Of a DNA stretch of 64,000 nucleotides, positions 1 to 8,525 are shown one piece after another (the first letter of the stretch is position 1; each line of letters starts with the position of its first letter). This DNA comes from a virus. The stretch covers positions 96,001-160,000 of IMG/VR virus record IMGVR_UViG_3300027969_000042; one strand, given 5' to 3'. Both the position numbers and the translations under genes were made by a program. The notes beneath the pieces are model-generated. The model was not told the DNA's origin. It saw only the letters and a list, made by a program, of their open reading frames with translations, and searched no databases.

Positions 1-550
1 AATTTAAAATATCACTAAAACTATGAATATTTAATTCATGTGCGATATTATTATAATAATCATTTAACTGTCTATCAGATTTTCTAACCAATCTACCAAG
101 TGCCATATAGTAAAATTTATCATCTTCTATCTCACAAATAATTAAAAAGGATAATGATTTCTCCAAACATTCATCGAATTCCCAGGATAACTCTTCATCA
201 CTTAGTCCAACAAAGAATCCAATTACTAAAATAATAGCAGATATCCAACCAAGTGCTTGAAATAAGTAAAAACCATCTTGTGTTTCAGTATAACTATATG
301 TATTATTCTTTAAAGGTGTTTTAGTCGTCATAGATGAATAATCACCATCATTAGTTTTTGCAAAAAAGTAGGTATAATCAGTACCATTTTTTACTACAAA
401 GTCGGCAGTTTTTGTTGAATGTATATCTTCTGTATATCCTTGTGAAAAATGAAATCCGATAATAGTAAGTGCTACAAAAATTGTTTTTACAATACTTTTT
501 TTAGCGGTATTATAAATAAGAATAAAAGGAAATAATAATAATCTTTTCAT
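1..550 (-). CDS. Hypothetical membrane protein (3' end runs off the window)
   Basis: Read by hand: ATG at 550, frame open to position 1 (MKRLLLFPFILIYNTAKKSIVKTIFVALTIIGFHF...FQALGWISAIILVIGFFVGL...). Two hydrophobic stretches. Absent from the ORF track because no stop lies in the window. Confidence 0.75.
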   Translation of the reverse strand, partial: MKRLLLFPFILIYNTAKKSIVKTIFVALTIIGFHFSQGYTEDIHSTKTADFVVKNGTDYTYFFAKTNDGDYSSMTTKTPLKNNTYSYTETQDGFYLFQALGWISAIILVIGFFVGLSDEELSWEFDECLEKSLSFLIICEIEDDKFYYMALGRLVRKSDRQLNDYYNNIAHELNIHSFSDILN

Positions 551-558
551 GTAAAAGT

Positions 559-569
559 TTTAATATATA
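559..569 (+). promoter_or_regulatory. TTTAATATATA putative phage late-type promoter (one of at least 19 exact copies)
   Basis: Exact motif 4 nt upstream of ATG 574; recurs upstream of many genes in the correct orientation. Confidence 0.65.
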
Positions 570-573
570 GTTT

Positions 574-1560
574 ATGAATAATTTACACAAATATAATGAT
601 TTTTTATTTGAATCTATAATAAATGATATTTTTTTATTATTAGAATCTGACGAACCTAGTCCTACATTTACTTGGGATATGAAAAAACCTACTGAAGAAA
701 AACCAGTAGAAGAAAAACCTGTTACTTTTGAATGGGATTTAACTAAACCAAGTAATACAACATCAACTGTTTTAGATAAACTAAAATCTTTTTTATCTAA
801 GTTACCAAAAGAACAGATCGCAAAGTACTTCTATAAACTATTAGAAAAGATAAAACTTCTACCTGAAAAAACTAGAAGAAAACTTTTAATAAACTATGCT
901 AGTATATTTTTATTATTTTGTTCAGTTGGTTATTTAGTTGACTATTCTAAAGATCAAAAAGATGATAAGATAGTTAAAGAATTTGTAAAGGTTACTAAAA
1001 AGGCTTCTTTTGAGGTTTCTCAAAAAGCTGTGGCACTTGCAGAAGGAGATTACTCATCTGATAAAGGTGATACAGGAAACTTTGTAGATTTTGAAATGGG
1101 TGGTAAGAAGTTAAAAAGATTTATTGGTAGTAAATACGGTATCTCTGCACCAGTTTTAATGAAATATTTAGGCAAACTACCTAAAAAAGATGATATGATC
1201 AACTTATCATATGAAACTGCATTAGATATTTATAAAAATCAATACTGGGATGATCAAAAAATTGAAAGATTTTGTAATCAATCAGTGGCAGACGTTGTTT
1301 ATGATGGATGTGTAAATCAAGGAATCTCTGGAATGAAATCAGTATTGAGAAATGTTTTAAGAGATAATGGTATTGAAATATCAGATGATGTAAATCCATT
1401 TGAAGGTGATTACATTAAACAACTTAATTCATTAGAACAAAATAAACTATTTGACTCTATTAAAAAGTATCGTGAAGATAGATATAAAGAAGCCAGAACT
1501 TTCAAAAGACATGGTGCTGGCTGGTTAGATAGATTAGAAAAGATAACGTTTATAGACTAA
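574..1560 (+). CDS. Glycoside hydrolase family 108-like lysozyme with C-terminal peptidoglycan-binding region
   Basis: AEGDYSSDKGDTG..SKYGIS, YKNQYWD, YDGCVNQG and C-terminal GWLDRL match GH108/PG_binding_3. One hydrophobic helix (aa ~105-125). N-terminal KYNDFLFES motif. Confidence 0.8.
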   Translation: MNNLHKYNDFLFESIINDIFLLLESDEPSPTFTWDMKKPTEEKPVEEKPVTFEWDLTKPSNTTSTVLDKLKSFLSKLPKEQIAKYFYKLLEKIKLLPEKTRRKLLINYASIFLLFCSVGYLVDYSKDQKDDKIVKEFVKVTKKASFEVSQKAVALAEGDYSSDKGDTGNFVDFEMGGKKLKRFIGSKYGISAPVLMKYLGKLPKKDDMINLSYETALDIYKNQYWDDQKIERFCNQSVADVVYDGCVNQGISGMKSVLRNVLRDNGIEISDDVNPFEGDYIKQLNSLEQNKLFDSIKKYREDRYKEARTFKRHGAGWLDRLEKITFID

Positions 1561-1928
1561 ATATCTTTCTCTTTTCCTTTAACTTTAGTATCACTTAACC
1601 AATGTCTATTATCTTTTGGAAGAAAGTCAAATCCATATTTTTTACCTAAAGCAATCAATAATGGTGTTATAGGAACGGGAATAGGAATACCAGAGATTAA
1701 AACTAATGGCACAAGCTTCACCAAATCCATTGAGTGCTCTTTTAAGAACTTAATTTCACCATCTGTTACTTCTTTATCCTGAATCATTTTTCTAATGATT
1801 AGAATCGATATTTTAGTTTCAGTGGCTTCACGTTTAGTACCTTCCCAAAACTCGTGTGCGAAGTCAGTACCTTTTTTAAGAGTGTCTTTTAAAAACTTCA
1901 GAGTTACTGAATCTTCTTTATGTTCCAT
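1557..1928 (-). CDS. Hypothetical protein with LETM1-like segment
   Basis: EIKFLKEHSMDLVKLVPLVLISGIPIPVPITPLLIALGKK..FLP resembles the LETM1/Mdm38 DLxRLVP...P...LP segment. TTTAATATATA at 1956-1966. Confidence 0.5.
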   Translation of the reverse strand: MEHKEDSVTLKFLKDTLKKGTDFAHEFWEGTKREATETKISILIIRKMIQDKEVTDGEIKFLKEHSMDLVKLVPLVLISGIPIPVPITPLLIALGKKYGFDFLPKDNRHWLSDTKVKGKEKDI

Positions 1929-1982
1929 TATTTTTGTTTTATTTTTACAACCTTATATATATTAAATATTATAAGTTTATTG

Positions 1983-2012
1983 TTGTTTTTACAAAAAAAA
2001 ATCATATATTTG
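1983..2012 (+). promoter_or_regulatory. Bacteroidota-type sigma70 promoter (TTG-N19-TATATTTG)
   Basis: TTG at 1983-1985, 19-nt spacer, TAnnTTTG at 2005-2012, just before ATG 2017. Confidence 0.65.
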
Positions 2013-2016
2013 TACT

Positions 2017-2769
2017 ATGAGAATACTATACTTAGGAGATATACACGGAAACTTTAACTTAATAAATCAATATCTTAAGCGATTTGATATTAAGGATGCT
2101 TACATAATTCAAGTAGGTGACTTTGGTGTAGGATTTAATGGATTATTAAAAGAAAAACGTACATTAGAATTTGCACATACTGAACTTGTAAAACGAAATG
2201 TTATATTATATGCTATTCGTGGTAATCACGATTACAAACCTTACTTTGATAATGACCCATTCGGATTTACTAATATTAAACTTTTAAAAGATTATACTGT
2301 TCTTAATTTAGAAGGTAAAAATATCTTATGTATTGGTGGTGCTGTTAGCATCGATCGTAAAATGCGTAAAACTAAAAATCAAGCGATTGGTCGATATGAC
2401 ATCAAAGGTATGAACGAAAGTTGGTGGCCAGATGAAATCTTCAATTGGGAAGATGATAAGTTGGTTGATTTGCGAGATATTAATATTGTAGTTACTCACA
2501 ATGCACCAGATTACTGTGTACCAGATAACAGCAATGGATTTGGTGATTTTGTAAATCAATTTATCTCAGGAGATCCTGCACTTAAAATGGACCTTTTAGA
2601 TGAAAGAAGATTGATTACTATGGCATTTCAAACTATTAAAATGAATAATGATGTTACACATCATTATTATGGACATTTTCATAGAAGTGATACAACAAAT
2701 ATTGATGGTATCATACATAGAGTATTAGGTGTTGGTGAATTGTGGGAAGAAAGAGAATATGAGGAGTAG
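2017..2769 (+). CDS. Calcineurin-like metallophosphoesterase
   Basis: LGDIHG, QVGDFG, RGNHD, VTHNAP and YGHFH motifs. Confidence 0.9.
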   Translation: MRILYLGDIHGNFNLINQYLKRFDIKDAYIIQVGDFGVGFNGLLKEKRTLEFAHTELVKRNVILYAIRGNHDYKPYFDNDPFGFTNIKLLKDYTVLNLEGKNILCIGGAVSIDRKMRKTKNQAIGRYDIKGMNESWWPDEIFNWEDDKLVDLRDINIVVTHNAPDYCVPDNSNGFGDFVNQFISGDPALKMDLLDERRLITMAFQTIKMNNDVTHHYYGHFHRSDTTNIDGIIHRVLGVGELWEEREYEE

Positions 2770-2953
2770 TACTATAATATGTATTCGTTGGAAGCTAACT
2801 GGAAGACTTGAACACTTTGTCAATTTAGGCAAAGTGTTCACTTATTATGATAGTGATGAATTAGGAGTTTCTCGTTCTATTTTAAATAGAAGAAATCTAT
2901 TTGATGGTTATCAAAATGATATGATTGAAATAATAAAAACATATGTAAAGTAA
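2759..2953 (+). CDS. Small hypothetical protein
   Basis: ATG at 2759 overlaps the upstream stop and is preferred over 2729. Ends at a terminator. Confidence 0.55.
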   Translation: MRSSTIICIRWKLTGRLEHFVNLGKVFTYYDSDELGVSRSILNRRNLFDGYQNDMIEIIKTYVK

Positions 2954-2979
2954 AAACCCACTATTTAAGTGGGTTTTTT
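2952..2979. terminator. Bidirectional intrinsic terminator
   Basis: AAAAACCCACT-ATTTA-AGTGGGTTTTTT between convergent genes. Confidence 0.85.
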
Positions 2980-2983
2980 ATTC

Positions 2984-3736
2984 TTACCAAGTTTGGTTAT
3001 CATCGACCGAACTCATTATTGTATTTGGTGTTATATCTTTAATAAAATTATGTAAATCCTCCATAGCAACTCCAAATTTTGATGATGCACCAGATTTTAT
3101 TAAAACTTCTTCTTCTAAAATTTTATATGTAGGTCTTCCATTTTGTTCATATCCACTATCCTCTGTAAAACAACCTAGTAAGTGTCTTCTAATAGAACCA
3201 CATAATGGTCTAGTAAATGATATTTTACCTGTTATATTAAAGTCATAACTAGAAACTGAAGTTTTAGATAGTTGTAATCCTTCTCCTTTATCTTCAAATT
3301 CGACTTCTACCCAAAATCCCCAAAAGAATCCATTGTCAAAATCACCTTCTGGTATAACATTTTGGAATTTCTCTTTTGTTTCCATATCAACTGGTATTAA
3401 ACCAACTGAAAATACAACATTAAGTTTGTCTTCTTCTAAATAATCTTGTACCATCTCTTCATAAGCATAATCATCAAATAAAAAGTTTAAATAGAAGTCA
3501 CCAGTAACAGTATCTCCTTTTTTATTATACTGAGTAGTTACAGTAGTTTTACCAAACTTTGAATATTCTTTAATATTTTCTTTCCATGCTTTATCTTCTG
3601 CATAATCTCTAAGATTATTTGATCTTGTTTTAAATTCATCGTTACCTGTTTTACGAGCTATATTACTTAATTTCCATGCGGCACTTCTATAAGTACTTGG
3701 ACTTAACTCTTCATTGAATCTCTTTAAGTGTTTCAT
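2984..3736 (-). CDS. Hypothetical protein with capsid-targeting-like N-terminus
   Basis: Starts MKHLKRFNEE; no recognisable catalytic motif. Confidence 0.8.
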   Translation of the reverse strand: MKHLKRFNEELSPSTYRSAAWKLSNIARKTGNDEFKTRSNNLRDYAEDKAWKENIKEYSKFGKTTVTTQYNKKGDTVTGDFYLNFLFDDYAYEEMVQDYLEEDKLNVVFSVGLIPVDMETKEKFQNVIPEGDFDNGFFWGFWVEVEFEDKGEGLQLSKTSVSSYDFNITGKISFTRPLCGSIRRHLLGCFTEDSGYEQNGRPTYKILEEEVLIKSGASSKFGVAMEDLHNFIKDITPNTIMSSVDDNQTW

Positions 3737-4215
3737 TATTTATCTTTTTCGTTTTTTATTATATCGGTATATATTAAGTCTTCTAAATCTTTTTTAACAA
3801 CAACTGTTTTTATATCATTATTAAATGGTGGATTTTTAAGAGGTTTAATCTCATAATCACTATCAATGTTTATATTTTGCATAAATTTCCAATTTACATT
3901 GAATCTCGACTCAGTCGTGTGAAATAAAACCAATAAGTCTGGTTTATATTCATTTAAAAAGTCTTCCGTTATTTGAGTTATGTAGGCATATGTGTCAAGT
4001 GCGTTTTTACTACTCACATTTACTGTACCGAATCCTTCTTCCATTGTGTGGAAGTCTCTTCTCCACATATTATTCTCAATTTTACTAAACTCACATAAGT
4101 AAGTGAAATCACCAAAATCAAACGTATAAACTACAAGCGAATCTCCCTCATCTTTAGTATAGTATATCTTCTTTGGTTCAAAGGTTAGTTCTTCAAATAG
4201 TTTTAAATATCTCAT
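3736..4215 (-). CDS. Hypothetical protein with capsid-targeting-like N-terminus
   Basis: Starts MRYLKLFEE; overlaps both neighbours (translational coupling). Confidence 0.8.
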   Translation of the reverse strand: MRYLKLFEELTFEPKKIYYTKDEGDSLVVYTFDFGDFTYLCEFSKIENNMWRRDFHTMEEGFGTVNVSSKNALDTYAYITQITEDFLNEYKPDLLVLFHTTESRFNVNWKFMQNINIDSDYEIKPLKNPPFNNDIKTVVVKKDLEDLIYTDIIKNEKDK

Positions 4216-5585
4216 TTGAATCCTAAGAATCTTTTTATGAAACCTGGTTTCTTTTCCTCTTTTGGATTTTCTGGATTTCTACTACTTAGTTGTCTTAGTA
4301 TTTCTTGACTTTCTGTAGTATCTATCTTAACGTCGACATTCTCAATTTTTTTACTATCTATAAAATAAAATATAGGTAATATATCCATTTTCTCATTATT
4401 ACTCCAATACTCATTACCATATAAATCCATAACAGGAATTACATAATCTTGTGGTTCTGTATCAACTACTATATAGTGATCATCATTCCAATAGAATACC
4501 AACCATTTACCAACTTGTAGAATAAATTGAGGATTATCTTTAGCTTGTTCTACTGTTATCAAGCCTAATTTTATTCTTATTCCAATGTAAGAAGTGTTCC
4601 TTGGAACTTGAACATACTCTGTAATTGCTTTACCTGCGGAATTTTCAGGAGGTATATCAAGTAAGTATAATTTATTCTTATTAGTGGTAAAAACTCGTAG
4701 TATAGGAGTACTCCTATCTCTTAATTTTAATACCATTGGTGCAAATGAATATGATTTTGATAGTAGTAAATAATTTACGTCATCTTTACTTGGTGTCTTG
4801 ACTTTTAATCTATCTGTAAAAACTTTATCACCATTTATTTTAAAAACACCATCTTTAATATTATCACATCCTAAAAATTTTTGATAGTATGATTTTTTAT
4901 TACCATTTGATAAATTCAAAGTAGTAAAGAAAACTCCATAGAAAGTATGATTTTCTGGTTTTGCTTCACATTTATCATCATTGTCATTATGTGCAACGAA
5001 AGAAATTGTATCATCTGGCTCATGTTTTATACTAATACCAAATCTTACCCAACTTTTATTAGTATTTCTATAAGCATCAGTAAAATAATTATTGTTAGGA
5101 GTAACTATATTTTTCAAATATCTATTATCAATAGCAACCCACTGCTCTGGAAATTTGGATTGATAGTTATCCCAATGACTTTTAGTTTTTAAACACCAAG
5201 CAGGTGAACCTATTTCTAAAATACCCTTGTAAGTATAAACTCTAAAAAATGAGTAGGTAGAATCTTTATAAATCAACTCATAATCTTCTTTTGAAGAAGA
5301 AGTCATTTGATCGTAAAAAGTGTCTAAGATCTGTTCATATGACATTTTATTAAGTTTTCCTAAATCAAGTTTAGAATCTCTCAAAACTTCAAAGATTGAC
5401 TTCAATTCTTCCATATCAGTTACATTATCAACAAATCTAAGTCTTGTTAGAATACCAACATAACTAAACGCAGTACCTACCATCTCTCTTATTTTAAGAT
5501 AGTCTTCATTATCTTCTGTAATTCCATTCTTTCTAAGAATAGATTTAGCTAAAGCAATGTTTTCATTTAGTTTAATATATTTCAT
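4212..5585 (-). CDS. Hypothetical protein with capsid-targeting-like N-terminus
   Basis: Starts MKYIKLNEN; contains IGSPAWCLKTKSHWDNY; TTTAATATATA at 5590-5600. Confidence 0.85.
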   Translation of the reverse strand: MKYIKLNENIALAKSILRKNGITEDNEDYLKIREMVGTAFSYVGILTRLRFVDNVTDMEELKSIFEVLRDSKLDLGKLNKMSYEQILDTFYDQMTSSSKEDYELIYKDSTYSFFRVYTYKGILEIGSPAWCLKTKSHWDNYQSKFPEQWVAIDNRYLKNIVTPNNNYFTDAYRNTNKSWVRFGISIKHEPDDTISFVAHNDNDDKCEAKPENHTFYGVFFTTLNLSNGNKKSYYQKFLGCDNIKDGVFKINGDKVFTDRLKVKTPSKDDVNYLLLSKSYSFAPMVLKLRDRSTPILRVFTTNKNKLYLLDIPPENSAGKAITEYVQVPRNTSYIGIRIKLGLITVEQAKDNPQFILQVGKWLVFYWNDDHYIVVDTEPQDYVIPVMDLYGNEYWSNNEKMDILPIFYFIDSKKIENVDVKIDTTESQEILRQLSSRNPENPKEEKKPGFIKRFLGFK

Positions 5586-5595
5586 CAGTTATATA

Positions 5596-6300
5596 TTAAA
5601 ATTTCTTGTTGAACTTGTATTGAATACCTAGACTTATAGTATGTAATAGTTTAATCTCTGTAGTAGAGTTATAGTTTACTACGTCTTGTACAACAAAGTT
5701 AAGTTTATTTTTAGGCATAATTACAAGTTTTGTAGTACCAATAATAATATACTCGTCAAAGTATTGAACATTTGGTTGATAAAAGTATTCAGATACTATT
5801 TCAAAATCTTTTCTGGTTAGTTTAACTTTACCTCTTAAAGAATGTCTAAAAAATGTTTTAGTTTCACCAGAGTTAAAGATAATATCTTGAAATACTATAG
5901 CATAGGATGTTGATACAGCAAGAGTAGAATCTATTTTCTTTTTAACTCCATAACCTAAACCAAACCAATGATCTTCATCAATTTTTCTAATTAAAGAAGA
6001 ATTAAATTGATAAGTGAAAAATGAGTAATCATCAATTTTTCTTTCTGGAAACTTGTACATTACATTAAATCTTTGTAATAACTCATCTTGTTTATCTGTT
6101 AAAAATGTATAATTGGTATTTGAGTTAATATCAAAATTTTTAAGTATAAGTGTATTATCAGCAATATAATTAAATGCAACACTTCTAGTAGTGTTATCTG
6201 CCTGAACAGTATTACAAGTTATATTATTATCTAAATTAAGTTCTTTCTGTGCAAAAGAAGTACTTGTAAAAAAAAGTAGTAGTAAATATATTTTTCTCAT
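5596..6300 (-). CDS. Putative outer-membrane beta-barrel protein (DUF481-like)
   Basis: Signal peptide MRKIYLLLLFFTSTSFAQ, alternating amphipathic strands with Y/F, C-terminal ISLGIQYKF beta-signal-like strand. Confidence 0.6.
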   Translation of the reverse strand: MRKIYLLLLFFTSTSFAQKELNLDNNITCNTVQADNTTRSVAFNYIADNTLILKNFDINSNTNYTFLTDKQDELLQRFNVMYKFPERKIDDYSFFTYQFNSSLIRKIDEDHWFGLGYGVKKKIDSTLAVSTSYAIVFQDIIFNSGETKTFFRHSLRGKVKLTRKDFEIVSEYFYQPNVQYFDEYIIIGTTKLVIMPKNKLNFVVQDVVNYNSTTEIKLLHTISLGIQYKFNKKF

Positions 6301-6324
6301 TATCTATATATTAAATGAGAAAAT

Positions 6325-6352
6325 AAAAAAACCCACTTAAAGTGGGTTTTTT
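6325..6352. terminator. Intrinsic terminator
   Basis: AAAAAAACCCACT-TAA-AGTGGGTTTTTT downstream of the FKBP gene. Confidence 0.85.
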
Positions 6353-6353
6353 A

Positions 6354-6770
6354 TTATTGAATTTCAATAACTTCAATCTCAAATACAAGATCTTTGCCTG
6401 CTAAAGGATGATTCCCGTCGATAACTACATTATCTTCATTTACCTCTTTAACAAAAACTTGTGCAGATTGACCATTATCTCCTTGTGCTTCTAAAGCTTG
6501 ACCAACTTCAACATCACCTGGCATTTTCTCAAGAGGAACACTCACTATAAGGTCTTCTCTAACTAATCCATATCCCTCTTCAGGAGTAATGCTTGCTGTA
6601 ACTTTATCACCAACAACTTTACCAATAATTGCACTTTCAAATCCTGGAATCAACTGACCAGATCCTACTTCAAATTGAAGAGGTTCTCTTCCTTCTGAAC
6701 TGTCGAATACTTCACCGTCAGTAAATTTACCAACATAATGTACACTAACAACTTTACCGTTTTCTATCAT
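6354..6770 (-). CDS. FKBP-type peptidyl-prolyl isomerase (SlyD/FkpB-like, no His-rich tail)
   Basis: VSVHYVG..DGEVFDSS..REPL.F..G.GQLIPGFE and DGNHPLAGKDL.FEIEV. Confidence 0.95.
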   Translation of the reverse strand: MIENGKVVSVHYVGKFTDGEVFDSSEGREPLQFEVGSGQLIPGFESAIIGKVVGDKVTASITPEEGYGLVREDLIVSVPLEKMPGDVEVGQALEAQGDNGQSAQVFVKEVNEDNVVIDGNHPLAGKDLVFEIEVIEIQ

Positions 6771-6815
6771 TATAAATATATTTTTTTAATTATATAGAAG
6801 AATTTTATTAAGTTG

Positions 6816-7559
6816 TTACTCAATAATAAATAATTTTATATTTCCTTCTAAGTCTTCATATAAAAAAGAACAAGACTCACAAAAATCACCAGTATTATAA
6901 TAATTCTTATCATCTATTTTCTCTATTGCAGGTGTATGTATATGACCAATCATTATAGAATTACAATCCGTTTCTTGCAATTTCTTTATTGATAAGTATT
7001 TAAAGTCATTTACAAATGCAATTGCATCTTTTACTTTTGATTTTAAATATTTTGATAAAGACCAATAATCTAATCCAAAAACCCTTCTTAACTTATTATA
7101 AACTTTATTTATCTTAAAACTTAACTCATAAGCAAAATCACCTAAGATATATAAAAATGGATGTAGTCTTATAAACCCATCAAACTGATCACCGTGACAA
7201 ATAAAAATCTTCTCACCTTTGGTAGTTTCATATTTATACTCATCACATATTAGAATATTTCCTAAATTAATATCAAATTGTTCTTCTTTTATTAGACCTC
7301 TTAAAAAGTGATCATGATTTCCCAATAAGTAAACAACGTTGACACCCTTTCTTGACAGTCTTAAAACTTTTTGTATAACAGTTGAATGATCCTCATTCCA
7401 GTAAAACTTACTTTTTAATGCAGTTAAATCTATGAAGTCACCAATGATTATTAAATTTTCAAATTCATAATCTTTTAAAACATCTAATAATTTATTAGCT
7501 TGTGATTTCTTAGTTCCTAAGTGAACATCTGATATAAATAATGTTCTAACTTTTTGCAT
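6816..7559 (-). CDS. UDP-2,3-diacylglucosamine hydrolase-like metallophosphoesterase
   Basis: LFISDVHLG, IIGDFID, LLGNHD, CHGD, GHIH and NTGDF motifs. Likely start MQKVRT at 7559, overlapping the upstream stop. Confidence 0.85.
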   Translation of the reverse strand: MQKVRTLFISDVHLGTKKSQANKLLDVLKDYEFENLIIIGDFIDLTALKSKFYWNEDHSTVIQKVLRLSRKGVNVVYLLGNHDHFLRGLIKEEQFDINLGNILICDEYKYETTKGEKIFICHGDQFDGFIRLHPFLYILGDFAYELSFKINKVYNKLRRVFGLDYWSLSKYLKSKVKDAIAFVNDFKYLSIKKLQETDCNSIMIGHIHTPAIEKIDDKNYYNTGDFCESCSFLYEDLEGNIKLFIIE

Positions 7560-8523
7560 AATCACTGATTTTTTTAACAATATCTTCAATTGGATCATTC
7601 CAATCATATTTAATACTTTTATAGTTATAAATCCACTCAAATATATTATCATTATTCAAATCATCAGTAAATACACCCATTTTATTAAGTGCTTTTGCAT
7701 TACAAAGTTGTTCGTATTGTCCTTTAATAGGAATAGACCATAACTTTTTACCTAATACCAAAGCTTCTGATGTAGTAGAAAATCCTGAGGCAGTTATTAC
7801 ACCAGAACAATTTAATAAGTCTTTACTAAACTTTTCTTTATCTAGTTTTTTCAATTTTACTATACCATCAGTTGAGTCTTTTAATACATCAGGTGAATAA
7901 ACCTTCCAATTTCCTACACAATAAGTATTTATCTGTTCTGATATAAATTTTGAAGACATTGAAGGTAAATAAACTAAGTAGAACCTTCTATCAGTCACTT
8001 TTTTATTTATGAAGTCATCACTTATAATAGGTAAAGTAATAAATTCATCATACTTTTTATAGTTTATACCGATATGTTCTTTACACGGTGCAAAGAATTT
8101 TATAAAAATTTCTGAGAATATATCTTTAAAGAAAGGTCTAGGTGTTTTGCTTGATCTAAATGAGTATTGATTACCTATACCTAATGATTTTTTATTTGAT
8201 CTTCTTGCAGACCAAGCAGATACTGGTTCAAAATCAGATATTATAAGGTCATATGAACTTACATCATATTTTAAATCTGATAGAAATTGTTTTAGTTTAA
8301 GTGATAATAAAGTTTTTATCCAATCTATACCACCTTTCTTATTATAAAAGAATGATAATCCTTGAAATTGTTTTTTAATTTCAAATGGTAACTTTAATTG
8401 TGAATTGGTACCCGATGTTATAATATCTACATCAAATCCCTCAGACTTTAAAGCATCAATTATCTTTATAGACCTTGTTATATGTCCATTCCCTGTTAGT
8501 TGAATACCATACAGAATCTTCAT
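7546..8523 (-). CDS. GT-B glycosyltransferase (MJ1255/VC2487-like)
   Basis: MKILYGIQLTGNGHITRS, DLIISDFEP, ITASGFST.SEAL.LGK, IPIKGQYEQ.CNA. Confidence 0.85.
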   Translation of the reverse strand: MKILYGIQLTGNGHITRSIKIIDALKSEGFDVDIITSGTNSQLKLPFEIKKQFQGLSFFYNKKGGIDWIKTLLSLKLKQFLSDLKYDVSSYDLIISDFEPVSAWSARRSNKKSLGIGNQYSFRSSKTPRPFFKDIFSEIFIKFFAPCKEHIGINYKKYDEFITLPIISDDFINKKVTDRRFYLVYLPSMSSKFISEQINTYCVGNWKVYSPDVLKDSTDGIVKLKKLDKEKFSKDLLNCSGVITASGFSTTSEALVLGKKLWSIPIKGQYEQLCNAKALNKMGVFTDDLNNDNIFEWIYNYKSIKYDWNDPIEDIVKKISDYAKS

Positions 8524-8525
8524 AG

